Positions 38,421 through 49,468 are shown, counted from the stretch's first letter. The stretch: DNA of 64,000 nt from Bacteroidota bacterium (GCA_013286425.1 JABDFS010000002.1:534-64533); one strand, 5' to 3'. A program made the numbers and translations. Notes: generated by a model from the letters alone, not told the origin.

Positions 38421-39248
38421 ATGCAAAAAAGCTTGTTGCTGTTAACACTTCTTTTTGTTTTTTATTATTCAAACGCGCAATATTATTACAATGATGTGAT
38501 TGGCCTTAAGGCTTCCAACAATTATTATTCTAATCTTATAAAGAATAATATAACAGGAATTTCTGCCGGCAGTACTGATGCAGATGGCACGCCTACAACA
38601 GGTTTCGCTTATTCAAAAATTATAAAAGATGATGGCAACTCAGCCACAACACATACTGAGCTGGAAACCGGCGGCATTTCTGATGATTTTGATACATACG
38701 CTAACGGCAGGTTGGTTAAATCTGAAGACAGTGCCGATAATGTGCTTACAACGATTGATTATACTTACGATAACGACGGTAAAATTCTTCTTGTACAAAC
38801 ACAAGCAGATGATACAGCAATGGGCACACACAGCGTTGAATTGCATAAATGGTTTTATACCGGCAATACTCCTGATTCAATGATAAGGATAAAAGATAAA
38901 ACAGACAGCACAGTTATTCTTTTTAAAAAAGATGAGCAAAACAATGTTGCAGAAGAAATATGGACGAAGCAACGAAGCATAGCAGAACATTATTTTTATT
39001 ATTACAACGATAAAAACCAGCTTACAGATATTGTTCGCTTCAACACCAAAGCACAGCAAATGCTTCCTGATTTTTTATTTGATTATGATGAAACCGGCCG
39101 TGTTGCGCAACTCACTCAAATTCCGCAGGGCTCTTCAGAATATGTAGTCTGGAAATACGTTTATGATGAACGCGGACTTAAAACACAAGACGTTTTATTT
39201 GATAAACACCAGGAATTATTGGGTACGGTAACTTATACTTATCAATAA
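38421..39248 (+). CDS. Secreted hypothetical protein with YD-like beta repeats
   Basis: Signal peptide; YTYDNDG, YDETG, YVYDERG motifs. Confidence 0.75.
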   Translation: MQKSLLLLTLLFVFYYSNAQYYYNDVIGLKASNNYYSNLIKNNITGISAGSTDADGTPTTGFAYSKIIKDDGNSATTHTELETGGISDDFDTYANGRLVKSEDSADNVLTTIDYTYDNDGKILLVQTQADDTAMGTHSVELHKWFYTGNTPDSMIRIKDKTDSTVILFKKDEQNNVAEEIWTKQRSIAEHYFYYYNDKNQLTDIVRFNTKAQQMLPDFLFDYDETGRVAQLTQIPQGSSEYVVWKYVYDERGLKTQDVLFDKHQELLGTVTYTYQ

Positions 39249-39298
39249 GCATAAGTATATATTTCTGTTTAATTAATTTTATTTGTTAGCTTGGTGTT

Positions 39299-41695
39299 AT
39301 GCCTTCTAACAAACCAGCTTGTCTTTTGCTGTTCATAGCTTTTACAATGCATGCAGCGGCGCAAAACTCACAGGAAAATATTTTAGATTCCTTTGCTTCA
39401 AAATTAATTACTGCAGTAAAAACTAATCAAACAGAACGGGCTTATGTAGTAACAGACAGGTCTGTTTATAAAGCTGGTGAATATTTATGGTTCAAAGCAT
39501 TTGTTTTAAAAACTGCTTCCTTCAAAGAAAGCTATAAAAGCAGGTTTCTTTTTGTAGATATTGTTGATGATAATGACAGCATAGTAAAACAAGTGATCAT
39601 CGATAGGGCAAATGATACTTCGGACTACAGGTTGCAATTATCTGATCATCTTTTTACCGGTTATTACTGGCTTCGGGCATATACCAGGCAAATGGCACAA
39701 AGTGATACGAATAGCATCGCGATAAAACCTTTATATATTGTGGGTACACCCTGGCTACATCCGCCAAAACAAAAAAATAATATAACCGGTACAGGTGATC
39801 CGGTGATCAATTTTTATCCTGAAGGCGGTAATATTATTCCGGGCATTAATTCAACGGTGGCGTTGCTGGCAACTGCAAAAAGCGGAAACCCTTTAAGTAT
39901 TAATGGTTATGTAAAAGATAGTCGCGGTGATACCACTACGCATTTTACAACCAATGCCGCAGGCCTTGCCAGGTTTAATTTTGAACCATCCGGGTACAGA
40001 AAATATGAAGCAGTAATTAACAGCGAAGGAAAAGAATTACATTATCCACTTCCTCCTTTTAATTTTTTTACAGGGCAGTTATCTGTAACAAAAACATCAG
40101 GCTGGTATAAGCTGCGAATTTTATTGGGTGATTCTATTTATACAAAAGATGCGCTTACATATGTTGTAGGCATTTCAAAAGACAGTGTCGTTTTTGCAAG
40201 TGTTGGAGCAGGGCAATATGAAACAACTATTAACGAACACACTTTACCGAAAGGCATTACAAGCTTTTATTTGTTTGATAAGAATTTAAAGTTGTTAAGT
40301 GAGAGAACTGTTTATGTAAATGCAGATGCGGTTAACATCAATATTACTCCCGATAAGAATACATATGCAAAGCATGATAGGGTTTCTTTGAACGTATCAT
40401 CAACAGATGCTGAGCAACATGTTGTTCCCGCGTTGCTTGCTTTGTCTGTTACTGACTCTGCTCTTTCATCAGTACCTGATATATGCAGTTTTAGTAACCT
40501 GCCTTTTGATCTTGATAGGGTTGATAATTTGTTTCTAGCGCGCAATCTTTGTTTTAACGACAGTGATATTGACCTGATCATGCTCACAAAAAATAACACT
40601 TATCAACTGGCCAATCAATTAGTAAACAATGCAAACATCAACAATAACGACAGCCTTTTTTATATTAAAGGCGCCATCATAAATAATAAAACAGAGCCGC
40701 TGGCTAACCAGGTTGTTACCATCATTTCCAAAACAAGCAACCCTGTTTTTTATAAAGACACTACCGATGCTAATGGCCGTTTTTCCTTTCCGACTGATAG
40801 TTATGCAGACAGCACAGAATTTATTCTTGAAATAAAAACTTTAAAAGGCAATTCAAAAAACAATAAGGTTGTTTTTGATGAGCCTGATGTTCCAAAACTA
40901 AAAACACCTGCTGCATTAAAACAATATCCTTTAATAGAAGCAAAAACAAAACAACGTTTAAATTTTTATTACAAAGACCAGTTTGGCGAAAACCAGTTGC
41001 CAACTGTTATTGTTACAGATAGTATAGCTGTTGATTATGATGCATCAAAGCGTGTAAGCCCGTTTTCTTCCATCATTCATGGCAAAGACCTCGACGGTAG
41101 GACCACTTTGGATAACCTGATATTGAAAGTAAGTGGTGTGCAGATTCTGAATGGTTTTCTCGTTATTCACGGCAATAATGCTTTAACGGCGCCGGGACCT
41201 AATTCTGAACCATTAATTATGGTAAATGGTGCTAACGTTGTTTCACCATCTAACAGCGTAGGGGCTGCAAGCCCGGCTATAAATTATTTGCACAGTGTAA
41301 ATCCTAAAGATGTAGATTTTGTAGAAATACTCAAAAATGCTGATGCGGCAGCTTATGGAGAAGCAGGTGGCAATGGTGTTATTCTTATTAATACAACAAA
41401 CAAAGGCAAAGATTTTATATTGGATAAAAACAATATGCAGGAGTTTTATGTAAAGGGTGTTTTAGAACCGGTTGCTTTTCCTGAATATAGTATTCCGAAA
41501 AAAAGTAAAAAGACCGAAGCTGCTGAAGACAATCGCTCAACATTGTATTGGAATGGAGGTTTGCTTACAGGCAATGCAGATAGAGCGATCAGTTTTTATA
41601 CAAGTGATATTCCTGCAGTGTATACTATAACCGTTACAGGCATTACAGCCAACGGAGATATACTGCGCAAAACCATTGCTGTACAAAGCAAATAA
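39299..41695 (+). CDS. MG2-like domain protein with TonB-receptor plug-like domain, no beta-barrel
   Basis: TDRSVYKAGE.LWF, FYPEGG, EPLIMVNG..VEILK..AYG..GGNGVILINT, RSTLYW. Confidence 0.8.
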   Translation: MPSNKPACLLLFIAFTMHAAAQNSQENILDSFASKLITAVKTNQTERAYVVTDRSVYKAGEYLWFKAFVLKTASFKESYKSRFLFVDIVDDNDSIVKQVIIDRANDTSDYRLQLSDHLFTGYYWLRAYTRQMAQSDTNSIAIKPLYIVGTPWLHPPKQKNNITGTGDPVINFYPEGGNIIPGINSTVALLATAKSGNPLSINGYVKDSRGDTTTHFTTNAAGLARFNFEPSGYRKYEAVINSEGKELHYPLPPFNFFTGQLSVTKTSGWYKLRILLGDSIYTKDALTYVVGISKDSVVFASVGAGQYETTINEHTLPKGITSFYLFDKNLKLLSERTVYVNADAVNINITPDKNTYAKHDRVSLNVSSTDAEQHVVPALLALSVTDSALSSVPDICSFSNLPFDLDRVDNLFLARNLCFNDSDIDLIMLTKNNTYQLANQLVNNANINNNDSLFYIKGAIINNKTEPLANQVVTIISKTSNPVFYKDTTDANGRFSFPTDSYADSTEFILEIKTLKGNSKNNKVVFDEPDVPKLKTPAALKQYPLIEAKTKQRLNFYYKDQFGENQLPTVIVTDSIAVDYDASKRVSPFSSIIHGKDLDGRTTLDNLILKVSGVQILNGFLVIHGNNALTAPGPNSEPLIMVNGANVVSPSNSVGAASPAINYLHSVNPKDVDFVEILKNADAAAYGEAGGNGVILINTTNKGKDFILDKNNMQEFYVKGVLEPVAFPEYSIPKKSKKTEAAEDNRSTLYWNGGLLTGNADRAISFYTSDIPAVYTITVTGITANGDILRKTIAVQSK

Positions 41696-41839
41696 TGTAA
41701 TTGCACACTTGTCTTAAACTTACTTTGTTCTATTCGACAATTTATCTTGTCTCTTAATTTTCTTTTTTTGTCGATTAATCTCTTATGCAATTTCATGTTA
41801 ATCTACATTAGAAAACAATCACCAATAAATACATGAGTC

Positions 41840-42835
41840 ATGCTACAAAAACTACACTTAAAATGTCTTGCATTATTTTCACTCATCACGTTTCAATTGT
41901 GCGCACAGGATTCAACACATAAACATCTTCCTATTATAGATGTGCATGTGCACGCAATGAAAGTTAATCCTGCTTTTGCAATGGATGCATGCCCATGGTT
42001 TTTAAGCAGCATGCCTGGTGGAGATCCCAATCAGCCTCCTCCTTCATTTCTGAATACAGATTGCGCTATGCCGCTGAAAGCAGCAAAGAGTGATAAAGAA
42101 TTCCAGGATTCATTGGTTGCAACTATGAACAGGTTGAACATAACAGTTATTGCAAGTGGTGACCCTACTATTTTACGCAACTGGATGAAGGCTGCACCCG
42201 GCAGAGTAATCCCTGCTATTGGTATCAGTTCTTCAAAAGACATGACGGTTGTTGCATTTACAGATTCGCTTACTTCAGGTTTTTATAAAGTAATGGGTGA
42301 AGTTGCGCCGCAATACCAGGGCATGTCTCCAAGCGATACATCTCTGGATGCATATTTTGCGGCTGCAGAAAAATTAAATATACCTGTAGGCATTCACATG
42401 GGCACAGGCGGTAACGGTATGGCTAATATAACTTCTCCAAAATACCGTGCATCAATGGGCAACCCGTTATTGCTGGAAGATTTATTGGCTCGTCATCCAA
42501 AATTGAAGGTATGGGTAATGCATGCAGGCTATCCAATGGTTGATAACATGATCGCTTTAATGGGCGCCAATGCTTATGTGTATGTTGATATTGCCGGTAT
42601 GATATGGAGTTATCCTTTGGCAGAAGTAAATGATTACATAAAAAGATTGGTGCAGGCAGGTTTTGAAAAAAGAATAATGTATGGAACTGATCTTATGATC
42701 TGGCCAAAATTGCTGGAGACTTCACTCGGCGTTATTGAGAATGCAAATTATTTATCGGATGATCAGAAGCGAGATATTTTGTATAACAATGCTGTACGTT
42801 TTTTCAGGTTGGATGAAAGCAAGCTGAATAAGTAA
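41840..42835 (+). CDS. Amidohydrolase family protein
   Basis: IDVHVH, GIHMG, MHAG, YGTD, NAVRFF. Confidence 0.9.
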   Translation: MLQKLHLKCLALFSLITFQLCAQDSTHKHLPIIDVHVHAMKVNPAFAMDACPWFLSSMPGGDPNQPPPSFLNTDCAMPLKAAKSDKEFQDSLVATMNRLNITVIASGDPTILRNWMKAAPGRVIPAIGISSSKDMTVVAFTDSLTSGFYKVMGEVAPQYQGMSPSDTSLDAYFAAAEKLNIPVGIHMGTGGNGMANITSPKYRASMGNPLLLEDLLARHPKLKVWVMHAGYPMVDNMIALMGANAYVYVDIAGMIWSYPLAEVNDYIKRLVQAGFEKRIMYGTDLMIWPKLLETSLGVIENANYLSDDQKRDILYNNAVRFFRLDESKLNK

Positions 42836-42857
42836 TCAGTAAATAAATTTATCAGTT

Positions 42858-42898
42858 AAAGCATTGATGGTTTTAAAAAATCATCAGTGCTTTTTTTT
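42858..42898 (+). terminator. Intrinsic terminator
   Basis: AAAGCATTGATGG...TCATCAGTGC followed by T8. Confidence 0.8.
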
Positions 42899-42970
42899 GT
42901 TCCAATGCCACTTATCAGATTCAATTAGCTACTTCTTTTTCATAGAAATGTAAAATTTCAAAAAACTTAA

Positions 42971-43009
42971 TTAAACGTTTGTTTAATATTAAACAGTTGT
43001 TTAACTTTG
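42971..43009 (+). promoter_or_regulatory. Tandem TetR operator-like palindromes overlapping a TAnnTTTG promoter
   Basis: TTAAACGTTTGTTTAA (42971-42986), TTAAACAGTTGTTTAA (42989-43004), TAACTTTG (43002-43009). Confidence 0.78.
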
Positions 43010-43029
43010 CTTCGTGAAATTTTAAAGTC

Positions 43030-43647
43030 ATGAAAGACAAACGTATACAAATTATTGAAACTGCGCTTGGCCTTTTTGCGGAAAAAGGTTTTGAAGGCAC
43101 TTCAATAAGAGACATCGCTGAAAAAGCTTCAGTGAATGTTGCAATGGTGAATTATTATTTTGGCACCAAGGAAAAACTCTTTGAAAGGATTGTTGAATAC
43201 AAATCTGCAACAACAAGAGGTTTACTGGATGAGATACAGAAAAATGAATCCATCACACCCATTCAAAAAATAGAAGCAGTTATAGATTCTTATATCGAAA
43301 AACTTTTTACACACAGGATGTTCCATCGCCTCATACAGCAGGAACTGATCCTTAATCAACGTGAAAGTTTACAGAATTCTATTGTAAACAATTTTATTCC
43401 TAACGCGAACATTGTAAAAAACATAATCGAATCAGGAATTAAAAAAGGTGACTTTAAAAAGGTTGACCTGGAACTTACCATCGCAACACTTAACGGAACA
43501 ATCAACCAGGTTTTGCTTTCAAGAAAGTTTTGCAACAGGCTCATGAACAAGAGCGACGATTACATTCCTTATGAAGATATAAAATTTAAAAAACGCGTAT
43601 CAGTTCATTTAAAACAACTGATGCACTCACATCTTTTAAACAACTAA
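43030..43647 (+). CDS. TetR/AcrR family regulator
   Basis: LFAEKGFEGTSIRDIA..VNVAMVNYYFGTKEKL. Confidence 0.95.
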   Translation: MKDKRIQIIETALGLFAEKGFEGTSIRDIAEKASVNVAMVNYYFGTKEKLFERIVEYKSATTRGLLDEIQKNESITPIQKIEAVIDSYIEKLFTHRMFHRLIQQELILNQRESLQNSIVNNFIPNANIVKNIIESGIKKGDFKKVDLELTIATLNGTINQVLLSRKFCNRLMNKSDDYIPYEDIKFKKRVSVHLKQLMHSHLLNN

Positions 43648-43663
43648 AACAGAAAAATTATTT

Positions 43664-44716
43664 ATGGAGCAGGAAACCATTCAAACAGAAAAAAAGAAGA
43701 AATCACCTTTACGCTATTTTATTATCGGCGCTGTAGTAATTGCGGCCGGCATATTTGGCTGGACGAAGATTTCTTATGCAATTGCACACGAAACAACAGA
43801 CGATGCACAGATCGAAACACAAATATCTCCTGTGTTACCAAGAGCAAGTGGTTATGTAAAAATGATCGATGTAAAAGATTACGATTCAGTTAAGGCAGGC
43901 CAGTTATTGGTAGAGATTGATGATGCTGAATTGCAAACCCAGCTAGCACAAATGCAGGCTGATTATGAATCGGCGCAGGCTGATATTCTTAATGCGCAGG
44001 CCGCTTTAAAAAATGGTGATATAGGATTGAGCACAAACCGTGGCAACATTTCACTTTCTTCCATCAAGATACAACAGGCGCAGGAAGATTTTGAACGTAA
44101 CCAGAATTTGTACAACGACCAGGCGATAACAAAAAAACAGTTGGACGACAGCAAGTTTAATTTAGAACAGGCGAAGCAACAATCAACCAATAATCAAAGT
44201 GAGCTTTCAACTGCACAAAGCCGCATTGCAATTTTACAGGCAAGCCTTCAAAAAGCACAGGCAGGTTTAGCTACAAAAGCAGCCGCTATTCAGCAGCAGC
44301 AATTAAAAATTTCCTATACCAAAATATTTGCACCGCAATCGGGCAAGCTTGGTAAATTAAATATTGTTGCAGGGCAATACGTGCAGGCAGGTTCACCATT
44401 GTTTCAGATTGTAAATGATACAACATATTGGGTTGTTGCAAATTTTAAAGAAACTCAGATAAGAAAATTCTATCCCGGAATGCCTGTTGAAATTGAATTG
44501 GATGCTTATCCTGATTCTACCCTGCATGGAAGTATTGCCAGCTTAAGTGAAGCTACAGGCGCAAGATTTTCTGTGTTGCCTCCGGATAATGCGAGTGGAA
44601 ATTTTGTAAAGGTTACACAACGCGTTCCGGTTAAAATAAGCATTAACAATGTGAACGATTACAGCAATATTCTTCGTGCCGGTTTAAGCGCTTATGTAAG
44701 TATAAAAACAAACTAA
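43664..44716 (+). CDS. HlyD/EmrA family periplasmic adaptor
   Basis: TDDAQI, ANFKETQ, PPDNASGNFVKVTQRVPV. Confidence 0.95.
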   Translation: MEQETIQTEKKKKSPLRYFIIGAVVIAAGIFGWTKISYAIAHETTDDAQIETQISPVLPRASGYVKMIDVKDYDSVKAGQLLVEIDDAELQTQLAQMQADYESAQADILNAQAALKNGDIGLSTNRGNISLSSIKIQQAQEDFERNQNLYNDQAITKKQLDDSKFNLEQAKQQSTNNQSELSTAQSRIAILQASLQKAQAGLATKAAAIQQQQLKISYTKIFAPQSGKLGKLNIVAGQYVQAGSPLFQIVNDTTYWVVANFKETQIRKFYPGMPVEIELDAYPDSTLHGSIASLSEATGARFSVLPPDNASGNFVKVTQRVPVKISINNVNDYSNILRAGLSAYVSIKTN

Positions 44717-46294
44717 ATGAAAAGGCTCGCTAAATATATAATTGTTATTACAACTGTATCAGCAGCCGTAATGGAATTGGTTGATACATCTATCGTAAAC
44801 GTTGCGTTGAACGATATGGCGGGCAGTCTTGGCGTAAGCATTGAAGATATAAGCTGGGTGATCACCTCTTATGCCATTGCAAACGTTATCATTATTCCGC
44901 TTACAAGTTTTCTTGCCGAATATTTTGGCAGAAAGAATTATTACATCGCCTCGATGATCATCTTCACGTTCGCATCTTATATGTGCGGACAATCAACAGG
45001 ATTAGTTGAGATAATTATCTGGAGATTTGTACAAGGTGTTGGCGGTGGTGCGTTGCTTTCAACTTCACAGGCAATTTTGTTTGATGCTTTCGAACCTAAA
45101 GACAGGCCAATTGCTTCAGGTTTATTCGGAATGGGTTTAGTGCTTGGTCCAACATTAGGTCCAACATTAGGTGGCTATATAATTGAACATTTCAGCTGGC
45201 CGCTGATATTTATGATAAATATTCCAATCGGTTTTATTGCAACATTACTTGCATTCTCATTCATTGATAAAAAGGAAGGTGAAGGCAAAAACAAAAAATC
45301 TATTTATATAGATTACACAGGCATTGGTTTACTCATGGCGGGAATAGGTTGTTTGCAATATGTTTTGGAAAGAGGTGAAGCGGAAGATTGGTTCAGCAAT
45401 AATTCTATCCGTATCTGCGCCATTGTTGCTGTTGCAGGATTAGCAGGTTTTATCATCCGTGAATTAAGCATACCGAAACCTGCAGTTAATTTAAGAGTGT
45501 TAGGCAACCGCAACCTTGCATTTACAACCATCTTTACTTTCGTTGCCGGTTTCGGATTGTTTACATCTGTATTCGTGTATCCTGTATTGGCGCAACGTGT
45601 ATTAGGCTTTACAGCTTATGAAACAGGTTTATCATTATTGCCGCCTACTTTATTAGCTGTTGTAATGATGCCGATAATAGGCAGAACCATGGCTAAAGGT
45701 GTACCGTCAATCCCTTTTGTTGTTACCGGTTTTATTTTGTTTGCAGCGTATGCTGTAATGTCTGCAAATGTTAGTCCTGATGTTGGCAAATGGGATTTCT
45801 TTTTCCCTTTGGCATTACGTGCCATAGGTATTTCAATGGTTCAATTACCGTTGATCAACCAGGCTGTTGTCGGACTTAAACCACAGGAATATTCATCAGG
45901 TATTGCATTGAACAATATGATACGACAGTTAGGTGGCGCGTTTGGTATCGCATTAGCCAACAACTATGTTTCCAATCATTATATGGTGCATCGTACAAGC
46001 CTTGTAAGCAATCTTACGCCTGGTTCGCCTGAACTTACAGACAGGATAAATTCAATACAACATGGCTTAACATCACATGCAAATATTGACAGCGCATCTG
46101 CTGCTCATGCGGCATTGGGGATTTTAAACAGCCAGGTGGACAGGCAGGCTTATTATCTTTCTTACCTGGATACATTCAGGCTTATTGCAATATTTTTTAT
46201 TGCTGTAATACCATTGGTAGTATTTCTAAGGAATAAGAAAAAAACAACCACCAATAATGGTGCACCATCGGCCGCAATGCTCGAAGCACATTAA
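44717..46294 (+). CDS. DHA2 MFS efflux permease (EmrB/QacA)
   Basis: DTSIVNVAL, WVITSY, GPTLGG, many TMs. Confidence 0.95.
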   Translation: MKRLAKYIIVITTVSAAVMELVDTSIVNVALNDMAGSLGVSIEDISWVITSYAIANVIIIPLTSFLAEYFGRKNYYIASMIIFTFASYMCGQSTGLVEIIIWRFVQGVGGGALLSTSQAILFDAFEPKDRPIASGLFGMGLVLGPTLGPTLGGYIIEHFSWPLIFMINIPIGFIATLLAFSFIDKKEGEGKNKKSIYIDYTGIGLLMAGIGCLQYVLERGEAEDWFSNNSIRICAIVAVAGLAGFIIRELSIPKPAVNLRVLGNRNLAFTTIFTFVAGFGLFTSVFVYPVLAQRVLGFTAYETGLSLLPPTLLAVVMMPIIGRTMAKGVPSIPFVVTGFILFAAYAVMSANVSPDVGKWDFFFPLALRAIGISMVQLPLINQAVVGLKPQEYSSGIALNNMIRQLGGAFGIALANNYVSNHYMVHRTSLVSNLTPGSPELTDRINSIQHGLTSHANIDSASAAHAALGILNSQVDRQAYYLSYLDTFRLIAIFFIAVIPLVVFLRNKKKTTTNNGAPSAAMLEAH

Positions 46295-46420
46295 TAATAC
46301 ACAACAAAAAATTATAAACAATAAAACTTATAACTGATGACACGCTTATATCAAAGATTAATGCATCAACAAATTATTCAGCAGGCGTTCCATCAGGCCA
46401 AAACAATAAAATACAAACAA

Positions 46421-47707
46421 ATGAAAAAGCATTTGATAACATTCACTTTAATGTGTGCTTCTTTAGTAACTACAGCACAGGTTCAGGTGAATAATGAATT
46501 GAAAGGTATCATTGACCAATCGTTCGGTTATTATCCAAAAGTACAGGAAGCACAAAACCAGATAAACATTGCAGAAAAACGTTTGGACGTTGCAAAAACA
46601 AATTTGCCAACTGTTGATTTTAATGCCGGTTACGAATATGTTCAGCCAAAAATTGTTTTGCCTCTGGAATCAAATGGTGAAAAAGTAAATTTCCAGTTTG
46701 CGCCGGTTAACAATGTAAATACCAATGTTGGCGCACAATATTTACTGTTCGATTTTGGCAAACTGAAAGCAAATGTTGACAGGTCAAAAACAGACCTCAG
46801 GTATGCAACCGATAATGTATTAAACGTGCAAACACAACTGGCAAGCCAGGTGTCAACAATTTATTATAACATCGTCTATTTTAGAAAAGCAGTTACGGTT
46901 GAAGACAGCATTTTAAATTACCTGAATGCCAATAAAAAACTTGCAGAAGATAAACTTAAGAATGGCGATGCTATTAAGCTTGATGTATTGAACCTGCAAT
47001 CGCAGATTGATATAGAAGTAAATTTAAGAGCAGATCTTTTAAACAGTCTCCAAAAACAACTTACACTGTTGCAATACACAACAGGCAACACAAACATTAA
47101 TGGCAATGCATTTGATTTTGATCTTCCCATCCAAACTCCGGAAGATGCATTTGCAGCTGCAAAAGCTTCAGCACCTGATTTCATTCTCGCAAACGATAGA
47201 ATAGACCAGTCAAAAGCCGATCTTAATATTGTAAGGCAAACTGATAAACCTACTGTTGCATTAAACGGTTCTGCGGGTGTAAAGAATGGTTATGTGCCTG
47301 AAGTAAATCAAATGCGATTTAATTACGCAGGCGGCGTTAGCTTAAAAATTCCTATATATGATGGCAAAACAAAAAAGCAAATAGCTGTTGCAGAATCGCA
47401 GATAAAACAAAACCAGTTGGCGCAACAATCATTGAGCAACGATTACCAGGAAAACATTCAGCAGGCTTTAACAGACATTCAAACCAACACTGATAAGTTG
47501 AAGACCATGCAATCTCAGATTGAAAATGCAAGGTCTGCTGTGCAGATTGCATCAAGCCGCTATTTAAATGGTATTGGTTTAAATACTGACATTACTGATG
47601 CAGCTGTAAACATGCAACGCATTTTATTAACCAACCTGCGTTATCAATACCAATTAGCACAGGCTAAAGTTGAATATGCAAGGGTAACAGGTTATAAATA
47701 TTGGTAA
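46421..47707 (+). CDS. TolC family outer membrane efflux protein
   Basis: Likely start MKKHL at 46421; helical repeats, IPIYDG, RYLNG; operon context. Confidence 0.9.
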   Translation: MKKHLITFTLMCASLVTTAQVQVNNELKGIIDQSFGYYPKVQEAQNQINIAEKRLDVAKTNLPTVDFNAGYEYVQPKIVLPLESNGEKVNFQFAPVNNVNTNVGAQYLLFDFGKLKANVDRSKTDLRYATDNVLNVQTQLASQVSTIYYNIVYFRKAVTVEDSILNYLNANKKLAEDKLKNGDAIKLDVLNLQSQIDIEVNLRADLLNSLQKQLTLLQYTTGNTNINGNAFDFDLPIQTPEDAFAAAKASAPDFILANDRIDQSKADLNIVRQTDKPTVALNGSAGVKNGYVPEVNQMRFNYAGGVSLKIPIYDGKTKKQIAVAESQIKQNQLAQQSLSNDYQENIQQALTDIQTNTDKLKTMQSQIENARSAVQIASSRYLNGIGLNTDITDAAVNMQRILLTNLRYQYQLAQAKVEYARVTGYKYW

Positions 47708-47740
47708 TAATATTTTTTTTGTGATTGATTAAGCAGCAAC

Positions 47741-47770
47741 AAAAAGCTCCGTGATGAACGGAGTTTTTTT
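47741..47770. terminator. Bidirectional intrinsic terminator
   Basis: AAAAA-GCTCCGT-GATGA-ACGGAGT-TTTTTT between convergent genes. Confidence 0.85.
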
Positions 47771-47772
47771 AT

Positions 47773-49164
47773 TTAATCGACTTTTACACCAGCCATTTTA
47801 TCAGCCTGCTTTTGCTTCATCACTTTCAGTTTTTCTATTTGTTCCGTCAGTGAATCCATCATCCAGCTTTCATGTTCAGCATTCTGTGCATCGTTTAATG
47901 CTTTATTGTATCCATCTATATCATCAAGCCCGAAACAAGCTTCAGCACGGTTTATCAATATCCAGAACAATTGATCTTTATCTGATTTTTGCTGCTTTAT
48001 AAAGAATGAGTCATTCCTCGCCAATCCATCTTTTACAGCCTGGCTTGATTGCTTTGCAGTAATATCATTCCAGTCTTTATCACACATGGCAAGCACTTCG
48101 CGACGAACGCGTTTTGCAATTACTATATCTGCAATGCGGTCTTCATTTGTAGTGCATAAAGATGAAAGCGAACGGTAATCCGTTAAGAAAGCAAGGTTAA
48201 TACCATGATACCTGTTGTGCAATAAAAAATAACCACGCTGATAATATTCAATACCTGCAGCAAGATGATCTTCCCCCTGCCCTGCCTCGAACAATCTTTT
48301 TTCAATAGCGCCTGCAAGCGATACGGTTTCTGTATCATTTGTATGCTGAAGGTCTATGCTTTTTAATAAATCCAAAGCCTTATGCAGTGAGGTTAGTTCA
48401 TCAGGAAATTTTGATTTATATGTAACAAAAGCAAGCCTGTGTATTAAGTAAGTATTGGTTCCTGCTTTTGAATTATCACCTTCCGGCTTCCAGATAAGCA
48501 ATGCAGAATTAAAGAGCGCCTGTGCAGTTATAAAATCATTTCTTTCAACTGCATCTTCTGCCTGTTCTGTAATAACAGACAAAGTTTGTTGGCTTTCAGG
48601 CGCGGGTGCCGCAGCTTCCAATTCTTCTTTCTTTTCTGCAACTGCTTTATTTATTTGTTCGCGCAGTGAAGGCGGATCAAGTTGTAAAAAAGTATAGAGA
48701 GGGCTATCGGTCTGGACGTTTGTCAACACATCATCAAGCGTATCTGAAAGCACTTTACGAAAACGTTCTACTTCTTCATAATCTATTGCATCGCCCAAAT
48801 GCGTATAGCTCGTTATTTTGATATGATTCAGATCAAAAGGGTAAGCCATTTGATTTTCAGAAATAACTATAGTGGTTCTTGGCTTTAATGCATGACGCAA
48901 TCCCAGTTCATATAAAGCATTTGGATTGGCAGTTGAAATATCAGCCACAACAATATCTGCATTCAATAATTCAAGATACATCTGCATATCAATAGTGCCG
49001 CTGTATAACATTTCATCGGCGCGCAAGCAGGTAATATTTTTTGATTCAACCACAGGTTTTATAAGCAACCGGTAAGATTTATTCAAATCAAGCTTACGGC
49101 CTGTGGCAAAATCTGTTTTAACGCCAAAACCCATTACTACGAAACAACTTTTTTGATCAGCCAT
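47773..49164 (-). CDS. Nucleoside deoxyribosyltransferase-like domain + DUF4071 (MAP3K TRAF-binding/TPR-like) protein
   Basis: CFVVMGFG, RADE, ADIVVADIS..NPNALYELGLRHAL; DTETVSLAGAIEKRL, YHGINLA. Confidence 0.75.
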   Translation of the reverse strand: MADQKSCFVVMGFGVKTDFATGRKLDLNKSYRLLIKPVVESKNITCLRADEMLYSGTIDMQMYLELLNADIVVADISTANPNALYELGLRHALKPRTTIVISENQMAYPFDLNHIKITSYTHLGDAIDYEEVERFRKVLSDTLDDVLTNVQTDSPLYTFLQLDPPSLREQINKAVAEKKEELEAAAPAPESQQTLSVITEQAEDAVERNDFITAQALFNSALLIWKPEGDNSKAGTNTYLIHRLAFVTYKSKFPDELTSLHKALDLLKSIDLQHTNDTETVSLAGAIEKRLFEAGQGEDHLAAGIEYYQRGYFLLHNRYHGINLAFLTDYRSLSSLCTTNEDRIADIVIAKRVRREVLAMCDKDWNDITAKQSSQAVKDGLARNDSFFIKQQKSDKDQLFWILINRAEACFGLDDIDGYNKALNDAQNAEHESWMMDSLTEQIEKLKVMKQKQADKMAGVKVD

Positions 49165-49468
49165 AATTATATATTTCAGTTAAACTATTAATCGTAAAAA
49201 AGATTGAAAAGTATTTTTTGTTACAGGCAAATGAACTTCGATTGAACATGGTTGCGTATCATCATCTTGCCTGTCCCGGGAGCAAAGCGATTCGGGATGC
49301 TGAATATCATTGAGCAGCCTTCGTCAAACGTCAAACGTGAAAACCACTTCAAAGAGTCTTTATAAATTGAAAAGCCTGATAGTTTAAAATTTTGAATATA
49401 ACAGCAATATCAGAATTTAGTGCTGTTGTATTCACGTTTGACAATTCACGTTTCACTTTTTTCAAATA

